Assembly: GCA_964452905.1 (NCBI GenBank) | Contig: CAYVNP010000010.1 | Coordinates: 24,420 to 88,419 of the forward strand | Source of the DNA: an uncultured Bacteroidales bacterium | GTDB lineage: Bacteria > Bacteroidota > Bacteroidia > Bacteroidales > CAYVNP01 | Direction of reading: 5' to 3' | DNA length: 64,000 bases | Part shown: piece by piece, positions 10,542 to 23,246 of the stretch | How positions within the stretch are numbered: position 1 is the first letter of the stretch | Layout: every line of letters begins with the position of its first letter | The notes under the pieces: generated by a model | Seen by the model: the letters and a program-made list of their open reading frames with translations, nothing else | Told to the model about the DNA's origin: nothing | Databases searched by the model: none | Made by a program: the position numbers and the translations under genes

Positions 10542-13500
10542 TTATTGTTTTACAATTTTTTTTCTAACAGTTCCAATGGAGGTGGTCAGGTGAACAAAAT
10601 AGATGCCGTTGTCAATAGATGAAATATCAACTGTTTTCGTATGGTCGAACGGTGTTTCATCAATCAATACTGGTCTTCCGGAAATATCATACATTGTCAG
10701 GCATTTGATTTTAAATCCATTGTCTGAAATGGAGTTCTTAATAATAATATAGTCATTCGCCGGATTAGGAAATATATCAATATTTTCATTCAGGAATAAT
10801 TCATCTATCGAGTTTGTTTTTGAAAGAACGAACAATTGTGATTTATCAATAGCTTTACAAACAAGATCATTTCCTGGTTGAGAAGCTTTTACAACGACAC
10901 GACCGTTTGATAAAAGAATGATTGTATCACCGGATATTGTGGCAGGTCCGGATGTAACTTTAAAGTTCAGCGGAAGGCCTGACGTTGAAGATGCCTTCAT
11001 CAGGAATTTATTACTTCCTACAGGAGTGGTAGTTGAGGCAAAGTTGATGGTCTGCTGCTTGCATGGAAGATTTAAGAATGTACCGGGAATAATTTCATCT
11101 ATTCCGTAAACCGTCTGCCATTTGACTTCCAGATGATCACCGCCGGGACCTTCTTTCATCAGCGCTTCGATGTAATATTTTTTTCCTGCTTCCAGATGAA
11201 TAGGTGCAGATTTCTGTTCAGGATACTGATCCCAAACATATTGATTCACCCAGCCAGGCACCCGTGCAATTTGTTGTTTGTTCGCTTTATTGGTGTCAGT
11301 GCTCAGCCACAATGCGCTTTCGTCATCGCTTGAAATATAAAAAATATAATCAGCCGTGTAGGGTGCACAGATGATTCCTCTTACGCGTGCACCATAGTAA
11401 TCGGCTGCATTTGCAGGTATCTCAAATTTAGTCAGATATCTGATCGAAGTGGGTGTAGAGTCCAAAGGAATACTGCTGATACCCATACCCTGAATATTAT
11501 CCCATCGTTCCATCATGATTTGCCCATCGGTGGAGGTACATTGATGCTGAGGTAAATTGATAATTATCACAAGTGATGTGTCTTTTACCGGGCAGTTCAG
11601 TGAGTCACCTACCTGTTCGGCTAAAAATTTAATTGTACCAACCATATTTTGCAATGTAATCGTATTGCCGTTGATGGATGCTGGTCCTGAACGTATGTCA
11701 AGCACTACAGGCAGTCCGGCATTTGTATGGGAGTTGATTGGAAAGGGAGGATCCGTAGCTGTTTTTGTTGGTATCGGATCATAGGTGATTGTCTGTGTGT
11801 TGCAGTCGTGTATGATTGTAAATGAACGCTGAGTACTGTCCGGACACGTAGTTGCATTTCCGTTTTGGTAAGCTTTCACAGTTACATTACCAATATATTT
11901 TGTTATTCTTAATGTGTCTCCTTTAACAATGGCCGGTCCGTTCAATATCAAAAATGAAACAGGCAGCGTGGCATCACTAATTGCATTGAGTTTTGTCTTG
12001 GATACTGTTGATTTGATATTCGGGATTGAATCAAATGTGATATGCTGTGGGGTACAGGTATCAAGCAATGAAAAAGTAAGTTTATTGATAAACAGACCTT
12101 CATCTGCCTGATCAATAAACAAGCGGATCACCTGTTGTCCTGCAGGCAATATCATTTTTCGGGTGATGGTTGTCCATATATCTTTCCCTCCGGTATTGCC
12201 AATCAACAGATCGGATGTTTTGGGTATACCGTTAACTAATACATGCATTTTGTTTGCATCCTTTGAAGCTGATATCCGAAGATCCATTTTGTATATACCC
12301 GGATTGGGAACATTGACAGTATACTCCAACCATTCGCCTGTTGTAATATTGCTGATACAAAAACCACCTTCCGAGCAGGTGCTGATATCAACACCGGTCT
12401 GCCTGTAAGCCCCGCCTGTATTGGTATTAAAGGCATCATGATAAGCTAACCCTTCACATCCGGTATCAAAGTCTTCTGCTTCAACAGTACCGGGTAATGA
12501 TATATTTTTAAAAGCAGCACGAGGAGTTTCACAAAGACTGATTAATCCCCATGCATCCAGATTAAAGCTGCCTTCAAAAACGATTTTGATAAAATGTTTA
12601 CCGGCTGTCAGATGAATTTTTTTGGTGTTAAACGTAAAGGGCTGATAACTGCCGCCGGTAGAGGTGATCAGAAGTTTTCCTGTTTTATCTGTTCCGTCTG
12701 CCTCTATATGAAAGGCACCGTTGTTATCATTGGAAGATGCATACAAAACGGGTGTATAATCACCTTCAGAAGAAGCATAAACACTATAGGTAAGCCATTC
12801 ACCGGATGAAGTGTGTCCGATCGACATCCCTTTATTATCCGGTAAATAATCCATATCCACAGCGTTGTTGCGGTAATTATAAGCCCATCCGATATGTTCG
12901 GGTGTATTATCATGAAAAGCTTTTTCGGCACCTCCGTTATTATAGTTTTCTGCTTCGATGATTCCCGGAATATTCCACGGCACTCCTCCAAAGGCAGCAG
13001 AATCCTGTTGTTCGGAGAACCTGTAGTTTAATCGTGTTTGCGGCGCCACTTCACCGTTTATCCAAAAGTCCATAGCATTGGGATTTGCAGACAAGCAGTT
13101 GTCGCACCATTTAAAGTCAAAGGCAAGCATAGTCTGGTTTTCACCGAAGACGATTCTGGGTAATGCCATTTCAAGTTGATTGCCGGTTGCTCTGAGGAAA
13201 CCGTTGGCAATATGACTCCAGTTTCCGTTATCGTAAGTGTCAATAGTACAACTGTCACCTATTCTCGAATAATTTATGCGCAGATCATATCCTTCCCAAC
13301 CGGTATTTTTCCTTCGGTCAGCATCCACGAAAAGCACCATCCATTGAGTTCCGGATGAAGGGGAAAGTGTTACATTTGTCTTGACATAGAAGAAAACATT
13401 GGATGCATTGTATGTAACACGTGATTCAATGATGTCATTCCGTGCGGTAGTATTTTTGTAATGCAGAGTATCTTTAGTGCCTTCAATGAAAGTAGGATTA

Positions 13501-14924
13501 CCTTTGAAATCCCTGACGGCTATATCATTTGCAGGATCAATAAAAACAGGTTTAACGGCAGTCCAATCCGTATATGATCCATTGATGTTAATGTCTGCAG
13601 GTCCTGCAGGCAGATCAGGTCTGGTAACTCCTTTATGGATGCGCAAATGTCCTGCATTCTGCCAGTAATAATTATCTTTATACAAATCTTTCATGGGCTC
13701 AAGGTCACCGGAAAATTCAGGATTGAAAAGGTCAATGAATACACCTTCCCCTTTTGACGTATCATTTGTTTTGCCCAGCCATGTCATTCCATTTTCAGCC
13801 CAGCAGGCAGCATACCATTCATTGTAACGGGAAGATAGTACCATGGGTGCATCAAATGTATGTGCTTTATTCCATGTGCGTTCATTTCGCAGTCCTTTAT
13901 CAACATCAGGTGTACACCATTGACCGTTATAATTTGAAATATTAAGATTATAACCGGGTACACTGGAAGTACCCTTGGTCTGTAAGCCGTCAAATATTGG
14001 TGCTCCAACTGCTTTGGCAGTACCCATGCATTCAATCTTACCGTTTTCATCATAAGCAGGATAATTACCCCAACTGTTCCACACACGTGAATAGCTTGCT
14101 GAATCAGACGGCATATCCCAGATCAGACGAAAAGTAAAAAAATTCTTATAGGTTCTTAACAATGACGGTGAAGTAAATTTGGTTGAATCAAGATCTTTGG
14201 TATAACCGGGTTTAAATCCGGGTGTAGTATTGGGAAAACTCCTGTCAAGACCAGCCATCAGATTGAGTAATGGTCTTCCTTTGTAATTGAAAATCATATT
14301 GTCATATTTGTGATCTTTATATATAAGATTATAGCAAAACTCCATTGATTTTTCAATATCAGTACTTAACCAAACTGTTATGCGAGGCACCGGAACACCC
14401 TGTTGTTGAAGTTGGGTGCCTATTTCAAGGTATTGTTTCAGGATAGCCCAGTTTTCACTAACGGTCGGGTTCCAGTTGTTCCAGCCAGCTCCTCCATTGG
14501 TAAAATCCCAGAATACATATTCGTACCCTGCAGTAGCCATGTCTATAAGTTGTTTGCGGATAACCCATGGATCTGCGCCATGGTAGTAACCACACCAGGG
14601 TTCAGCCCATGACCAGTTAGGAAAAACAAGACTTCCGGGTGGGTCGAATTCAAACTTTCGGTTAAAGGGATGATTCAATAAATATTTATGCACATCATAA
14701 AAGGTGCCGATGCGGTTACTCCAACCGGGGAACGGACTGAACAGTAAACCGAACCATCTGTTCTGCCTTGGCTGACCTGCTTCCGCCCATGTAGGTAATT
14801 CTCGCCCTAACATATCAGTGCCTACTGTACCTGTCCATGGTATGGGCTGTGTAGGAGTTGTTTGACCATTGACCAATGGGGTGATCAAAAAAAACAAGAA
14901 TGAAATAATGATAATTTTTTTCAT
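10542..14924 (-). CDS. T9SS-secreted multidomain putative glycoside hydrolase (paralog 3): SP, catalytic module, beta-sandwich, CBM6 x2, Ig-Ig, PA14-like, Ig, T9SS CTD
   Basis: - The 1460-aa ORF lies 13 bp downstream of paralog 2's upstream neighbour boundary, so the two are tandem.
- Catalytic motifs are GYYHGADPWVIRKQLIDMATAGYEYVFWDFTNGG, RYNEWYAACW and FNPEFSGDLEPMKDLYKDNYYWQ.
- The two CBM6-like stretches are IPGIIEAENYNNGG... and LPGTVEAEDFDTGCEGLAYHD...
- The CTD is IFPNPANDYIII...GIYFVHL. Confidence 0.7.
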   Translation of the reverse strand: MKKIIIISFLFFLITPLVNGQTTPTQPIPWTGTVGTDMLGRELPTWAEAGQPRQNRWFGLLFSPFPGWSNRIGTFYDVHKYLLNHPFNRKFEFDPPGSLVFPNWSWAEPWCGYYHGADPWVIRKQLIDMATAGYEYVFWDFTNGGAGWNNWNPTVSENWAILKQYLEIGTQLQQQGVPVPRITVWLSTDIEKSMEFCYNLIYKDHKYDNMIFNYKGRPLLNLMAGLDRSFPNTTPGFKPGYTKDLDSTKFTSPSLLRTYKNFFTFRLIWDMPSDSASYSRVWNSWGNYPAYDENGKIECMGTAKAVGAPIFDGLQTKGTSSVPGYNLNISNYNGQWCTPDVDKGLRNERTWNKAHTFDAPMVLSSRYNEWYAACWAENGMTWLGKTNDTSKGEGVFIDLFNPEFSGDLEPMKDLYKDNYYWQNAGHLRIHKGVTRPDLPAGPADININGSYTDWTAVKPVFIDPANDIAVRDFKGNPTFIEGTKDTLHYKNTTARNDIIESRVTYNASNVFFYVKTNVTLSPSSGTQWMVLFVDADRRKNTGWEGYDLRINYSRIGDSCTIDTYDNGNWSHIANGFLRATGNQLEMALPRIVFGENQTMLAFDFKWCDNCLSANPNAMDFWINGEVAPQTRLNYRFSEQQDSAAFGGVPWNIPGIIEAENYNNGGAEKAFHDNTPEHIGWAYNYRNNAVDMDYLPDNKGMSIGHTSSGEWLTYSVYASSEGDYTPVLYASSNDNNGAFHIEADGTDKTGKLLITSTGGSYQPFTFNTKKIHLTAGKHFIKIVFEGSFNLDAWGLISLCETPRAAFKNISLPGTVEAEDFDTGCEGLAYHDAFNTNTGGAYRQTGVDISTCSEGGFCISNITTGEWLEYTVNVPNPGIYKMDLRISASKDANKMHVLVNGIPKTSDLLIGNTGGKDIWTTITRKMILPAGQQVIRLFIDQADEGLFINKLTFSLLDTCTPQHITFDSIPNIKSTVSKTKLNAISDATLPVSFLILNGPAIVKGDTLRITKYIGNVTVKAYQNGNATTCPDSTQRSFTIIHDCNTQTITYDPIPTKTATDPPFPINSHTNAGLPVVLDIRSGPASINGNTITLQNMVGTIKFLAEQVGDSLNCPVKDTSLVIIINLPQHQCTSTDGQIMMERWDNIQGMGISSIPLDSTPTSIRYLTKFEIPANAADYYGARVRGIICAPYTADYIFYISSDDESALWLSTDTNKANKQQIARVPGWVNQYVWDQYPEQKSAPIHLEAGKKYYIEALMKEGPGGDHLEVKWQTVYGIDEIIPGTFLNLPCKQQTINFASTTTPVGSNKFLMKASSTSGLPLNFKVTSGPATISGDTIILLSNGRVVVKASQPGNDLVCKAIDKSQLFVLSKTNSIDELFLNENIDIFPNPANDYIIIKNSISDNGFKIKCLTMYDISGRPVLIDETPFDHTKTVDISSIDNGIYFVHLTTSIGTVRKKIVKQ

Positions 14925-14937
14925 ATGATATTTTTAT

Positions 14938-19029
<4,092 letters not shown>

Positions 19030-19063
19030 TTAATCTTTACAAGATAATGTCAAAGAGAAATGA

Positions 19064-22000
19064 TTATTTATTGATAATGATGCGTTTAACAGCTGACCAT
19101 TTTGATGTTGTAATTTTGATACAATAAACCCCGTTATCAAGTGATGCAATATTTTCTTTTGTAATTCTGGAGTTGATCTGTTTTGTCCGAATCAATTCTC
19201 TGCCCTGCAAATCAACTATTTTATAATTCCATTTATCTTCATTCATGGAAATGATCAAAAAATCCTTTGCCGGATTAGGAAAAATTGTTATTTGATATTC
19301 GGGTTTGTCAATAACAGACTGATATTTCAGAATAGGGTAGAGTTGACTTTGAGGAATGATCTCTCTTGTATTTGATGGACTGCTCCATTCCAGTTTGACC
19401 AATGCATTTCCGGTTTTTTCAGCATAATCAAGTCGTATAGGTACTTTCTTTCCTGCAGTTAATGCAATAGTGCCGGTAAAAGTTAATCCATTTCCACTGC
19501 CGGTCCATTTGTCAATGACCAGTGTATCATTAATCCACAGACGAACATTGTCATCCACGGTAATATAAAATGTATATACTTCACTGTAAAGAGGGTCAAT
19601 TTGTCCTTCCCATCTGCCATTCCAGTAGTCTTTGCTGATGTCGCATCCGGGAGATATATCGCCCCAGTTTTCATTGACGATTGTATCAATCACTCCACAA
19701 ATTGAATCCTGAAACCATGCACGTCCACCGACAGTTGCTGTCCAGTAACTTCTCCAGAGTCCTTGTCCATTCCCCGGATAGACGACACTTTTTTCTGAAT
19801 ATACAATTTTATCAATATTTAAATCCCCTGCGGCTTTTTTAATAAATACTTTAATGAGATGCTTTCCCTGAGTCAACTGGATTGTAACATCTTTTGTAGC
19901 CCAAGTCTGAATGTCTCCTGTAGAAGGGAATATGATGCTACCGCTGCGGTCAATATCATCAACATACAGAACAACTTCATCAGACGATGAAGTGGATGCA
20001 TAATAGATGGTTGCCGTAAAATAACCAATAGCAGTAACATTGACCGTGTATTCAAGCCATTCGTTTGTATTCATCCAGCCAACATAATATCCTCCTCCTG
20101 TTTTATCGCTGATATCAACTGATTCGGAAGGGCGGTATTTGCCACCGTTATTAGCGATATCTGCATCTGCATAGGCGATTCCAACACCACCGTTATCAAA
20201 ATCTTCCATTTCAACAGTACCGGGTATTGTTAAAGATGTAAAAGGTGATTGCGTATTAATAATTATGTGTGAAGAACCATAATTATAATCAAATCGTCTG
20301 TCAGGTGCGGATTCTCCATCTGTAAAGAAAGAGGTAATATCATTCAGTTGTTGAGGATTATCAGCCCAATGAAAATAAAATTCAACATTTCCAACCTCTT
20401 TTTTGATTGATGTTCTGGGAATACTGATTTCCATTTGATTTCCATTAACAGCATAATTGATATTCTGTATGTTTGACCATGTTGTTCCTGTCCATTGTTT
20501 GAGCGTAGTTTGTGTTGCAGAAGTCACTCCATTATTGATAACATAATCATACCCTTCCCATCCTGTACCTTTATTTCTGTCAACATCCAGAAACAGCAGC
20601 ATCCAGTTATTACCTGTAAATGCAGATATATTACTAACCGTTTTTACATAAAAATAAGTATTGTTTGCATCATATGTTACTCTCGATTCAATAATATCAT
20701 TGCGTGCCGTATTGTTTGTTAAAGTAGCGGAGTTGTTCACATTCTGAAAGTTTCGGTTGATCACATCACCTGAAGCATCATAAAAAACGGGTGTTACCGT
20801 TGACCATTCGGTGAATGTACCTTCAACAGTGATGGTTTTAGGGGATGAAATAGTTTCAGGAGACTTCATCCCTTTGAATTTTCGGATATGTGACACTAAT
20901 TGATAATAATAATCATCCGTATACCCACCTTTCATTGGTTCAATATCGCGGTTGAACTCGGTATTGTATTCATCTACAAAAAACCAACCATGCGGGAATT
21001 TATGAGTGCCATCTGTATTTTTACTTAGACACGAATTGGGATTCACGCATCGCCATGACGGGTCATTCCATGATTTATTCATAAAAGTAATATTATCTTT
21101 GTCCTGATGTGAGGGCCATGCTCCTGCCATCAATTCATTCCATCCTGTAACACAGAGTATAGACGGATCAATGGAATGACCACGTGTCCATTGTTCTTCA
21201 AAAAAGTAACCATATTTTGACTGATCTGATTCCCAGTATTGATCGTAGGTCGGAGCTTTACCTGCATGATAACTTGAGCCCTGTCCTACACCTGTTCCCA
21301 TAGGAGCACCCATTGCTTTGCAGATGGGCATTTGTTCCGCTTTACCATTGAACGAATAATAATCCTGAGGATACTGATCAAGAAAATTCCATTGATTTGG
21401 ATCGAACGCCCATGTTCTGCGCCATGTAAAATAATCAAGCACCCCTCTGTCATTACAACGAGCACATTGCGTTTTGCATTTAATGGAATCAGCCATGATA
21501 AGCGGTTTTCCATTCCATTTGAAAATCAGCGGATCATAATTGGGTTTATTGTAAATATTGTCTAACATGCAATTCATTGCAGCATCGTAATTTTCATTCA
21601 GGAAAAAAGCGATACGCGGAACTGGTATTCCTTTGTTGTACATATCCAATGCAATACCCATGAATGTTGCTAATGAGTTACACCCCTGATTTCCATTGGT
21701 AAAATCAAAGAAAATAAAATCCACCCCTGCATCAGCAAGCAGTTGCAAGTTTCTGCGAATCACCCATGGATCGCTATCGTGATAATAGCCGTTTTCAGGT
21801 TCACCCCAGTAATAGTTTTTACATTCAAAAGCAGGACTGTTTGGGTTTTCTTTAAGCAATTGCGGAACAGGTTTGATGGTTCCACCCGGTGCAATGCTGG
21901 CGTGCCAGAGCCAGTAAAATAATCCGATATATTTATTAGCTCTGTATGCACCGCAATCTGTATATGAGGGAAGTATCCTTCCCAGTGCATCCGTTCCTAC

Positions 22001-22783
22001 CCACTGATCGCCAAAGGCCTGATTCTGCGGGCTATTTCCGTTTGTTGTCGGATCAGTCACAAAGAATGTCTGCCTTACTTCGTCAGCTGGGCAATATGAT
22101 GTGTTTCCAGATTGATTAGCTGAAACGACGACAGTACCGGTTGTTCCGGATAATGTTAAAGTTGTACCATTGAGTGTGGCAGGACCAGATATAATTGAGA
22201 ATGTAACTGCCATACCGGATGTTGCAGTTGCTGAAATAGTAAATGGGGGATCGGTTTTCTTTTTATTTCCAATGGAGTTAAAAGTTATTGTTTGAAAAGT
22301 GCAATTCATTTTAACAATTTCAACATAATCAATTAAAATAGTTCCTGATGAAGCACTGCCAACAGGGTCCAGACGGATTTGTTTAATAGTTCCTGTCCAG
22401 CCCGCATTGGTACTCATATCAATCGTATAGCTTGTATATCCCGGATCATTTGCTACCACTGTAAATCCGACAGACATAGCTTCATTCATACCGGTTGCCG
22501 TGGTTGTTGTAAAATAAATTCTTCCATCAGTAGCGGCGGTGTTGTTTTTCATCCGGATATTAATGGTTTTATTGATTGCAGCGGTCAGTCCTAAATTATC
22601 GGGAGAATGAAAATATGGATCCCCACCGGTAATGGTTAAAGTCAGTATGCTGCTATTCACTGTGCTGGTCAATGAATTAAATCCACTCCATCCATCCAGA
22701 CTGCTGGCAAAGTCCCATTTTTTTTGAGCATACATGCTGAAAATAGGTAAGAAAAAAATCAGAAATAGTAATTTTTTTTTCAT
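19064..22783 (-). CDS. T9SS-secreted multidomain putative glycoside hydrolase (paralog 4): SP, RLDP module, Ig-like, catalytic module, beta-sandwich, CBM6, PA14, T9SS CTD
   Basis: - The ORF is 1239 aa.
- Catalytic motifs are NGYYHDSDPWVIRRNLQLLADAGVDFIFFDFTNGN, VTGWNELMAGAW and YNTEFNRDIEPMKGGYTDDYYYQ.
- The CBM6 stretch is IPGTVEMEDFDNGGVGIAYAD...NEWLEYTVNV.
- The PA14 stretch is YTFYITVDDNVRLWINDTLVIDKW.
- The CTD is IFPNPAKDFLII...GVYCIKI. Confidence 0.7.
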   Translation of the reverse strand: MKKKLLFLIFFLPIFSMYAQKKWDFASSLDGWSGFNSLTSTVNSSILTLTITGGDPYFHSPDNLGLTAAINKTINIRMKNNTAATDGRIYFTTTTATGMNEAMSVGFTVVANDPGYTSYTIDMSTNAGWTGTIKQIRLDPVGSASSGTILIDYVEIVKMNCTFQTITFNSIGNKKKTDPPFTISATATSGMAVTFSIISGPATLNGTTLTLSGTTGTVVVSANQSGNTSYCPADEVRQTFFVTDPTTNGNSPQNQAFGDQWVGTDALGRILPSYTDCGAYRANKYIGLFYWLWHASIAPGGTIKPVPQLLKENPNSPAFECKNYYWGEPENGYYHDSDPWVIRRNLQLLADAGVDFIFFDFTNGNQGCNSLATFMGIALDMYNKGIPVPRIAFFLNENYDAAMNCMLDNIYNKPNYDPLIFKWNGKPLIMADSIKCKTQCARCNDRGVLDYFTWRRTWAFDPNQWNFLDQYPQDYYSFNGKAEQMPICKAMGAPMGTGVGQGSSYHAGKAPTYDQYWESDQSKYGYFFEEQWTRGHSIDPSILCVTGWNELMAGAWPSHQDKDNITFMNKSWNDPSWRCVNPNSCLSKNTDGTHKFPHGWFFVDEYNTEFNRDIEPMKGGYTDDYYYQLVSHIRKFKGMKSPETISSPKTITVEGTFTEWSTVTPVFYDASGDVINRNFQNVNNSATLTNNTARNDIIESRVTYDANNTYFYVKTVSNISAFTGNNWMLLFLDVDRNKGTGWEGYDYVINNGVTSATQTTLKQWTGTTWSNIQNINYAVNGNQMEISIPRTSIKKEVGNVEFYFHWADNPQQLNDITSFFTDGESAPDRRFDYNYGSSHIIINTQSPFTSLTIPGTVEMEDFDNGGVGIAYADADIANNGGKYRPSESVDISDKTGGGYYVGWMNTNEWLEYTVNVTAIGYFTATIYYASTSSSDEVVLYVDDIDRSGSIIFPSTGDIQTWATKDVTIQLTQGKHLIKVFIKKAAGDLNIDKIVYSEKSVVYPGNGQGLWRSYWTATVGGRAWFQDSICGVIDTIVNENWGDISPGCDISKDYWNGRWEGQIDPLYSEVYTFYITVDDNVRLWINDTLVIDKWTGSGNGLTFTGTIALTAGKKVPIRLDYAEKTGNALVKLEWSSPSNTREIIPQSQLYPILKYQSVIDKPEYQITIFPNPAKDFLIISMNEDKWNYKIVDLQGRELIRTKQINSRITKENIASLDNGVYCIKITTSKWSAVKRIIINK

Positions 22784-23046
22784 ATGATTTTGAAGATAAA
22801 ATTGTCAGAGGATAAAAATGAAATATAGTTTATTGAACAATAATACAATAAAGTAAATAAATCTAATTGTATTTTTTGATATACTTTGTGTATAAAATGA
22901 TACATCAAATGAAACTTATCGAACTGATTGAAATTGTAATAAATAATGCAATAAAAAATTGATTGAATTAGGAATACAGGAGTCAGAATTATGTTGTTAA
23001 GAAAATTAATATGGCAGTACTTATATTCTTCGTTGTTTCTCAATAT

Positions 23047-23227
23047 TTCTCTGTGAATTTATGCGGTAGAATATTTAACCGCAGAAGGCGCAGAGTTTAA
23101 TGTAGAGTTACATGGAGATTAGTAATGTATTATAACATATATTTTTCCTCTGCGTTTCTTTTTTTTTCTCTGTGATTCTCTGCGGTAGAGTATTTAACCG
23201 CAAAGGGCGTAGAGTTTCTCGCTAGAG
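23047..23227. repeat. Two direct copies (about 61 bp, roughly 80% identical) of a REP-like intergenic element with an internal hairpin
   Basis: Copy A (23047..23107) is ttctctgtgaatttatgcggtagaatatttaaccgcagaaggcgcagagtttaatgtagag. Copy B (23166..23227) is ttctctgtgattctctgcggtagagtatttaaccgcaaagggcgtagagtttctcgctagag. Each contains GCGGT-N10-ACCGC and reiterated CTCTG/CAGAG words. Confidence 0.65.
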
Positions 23228-23246
23228 AACACTATGCATTTTATAG

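Noticed and set aside
22780-23043. 87-aa ORF (MRNNEEYKYCHINFLNN...) upstream of paralog 4
   Set aside because: It lies wholly in AT-rich intergenic DNA and overlaps the start of the 19064..22783 gene. Its composition is low-complexity N/I/Y/F-rich, typical of random ORFs in low-GC spacers.
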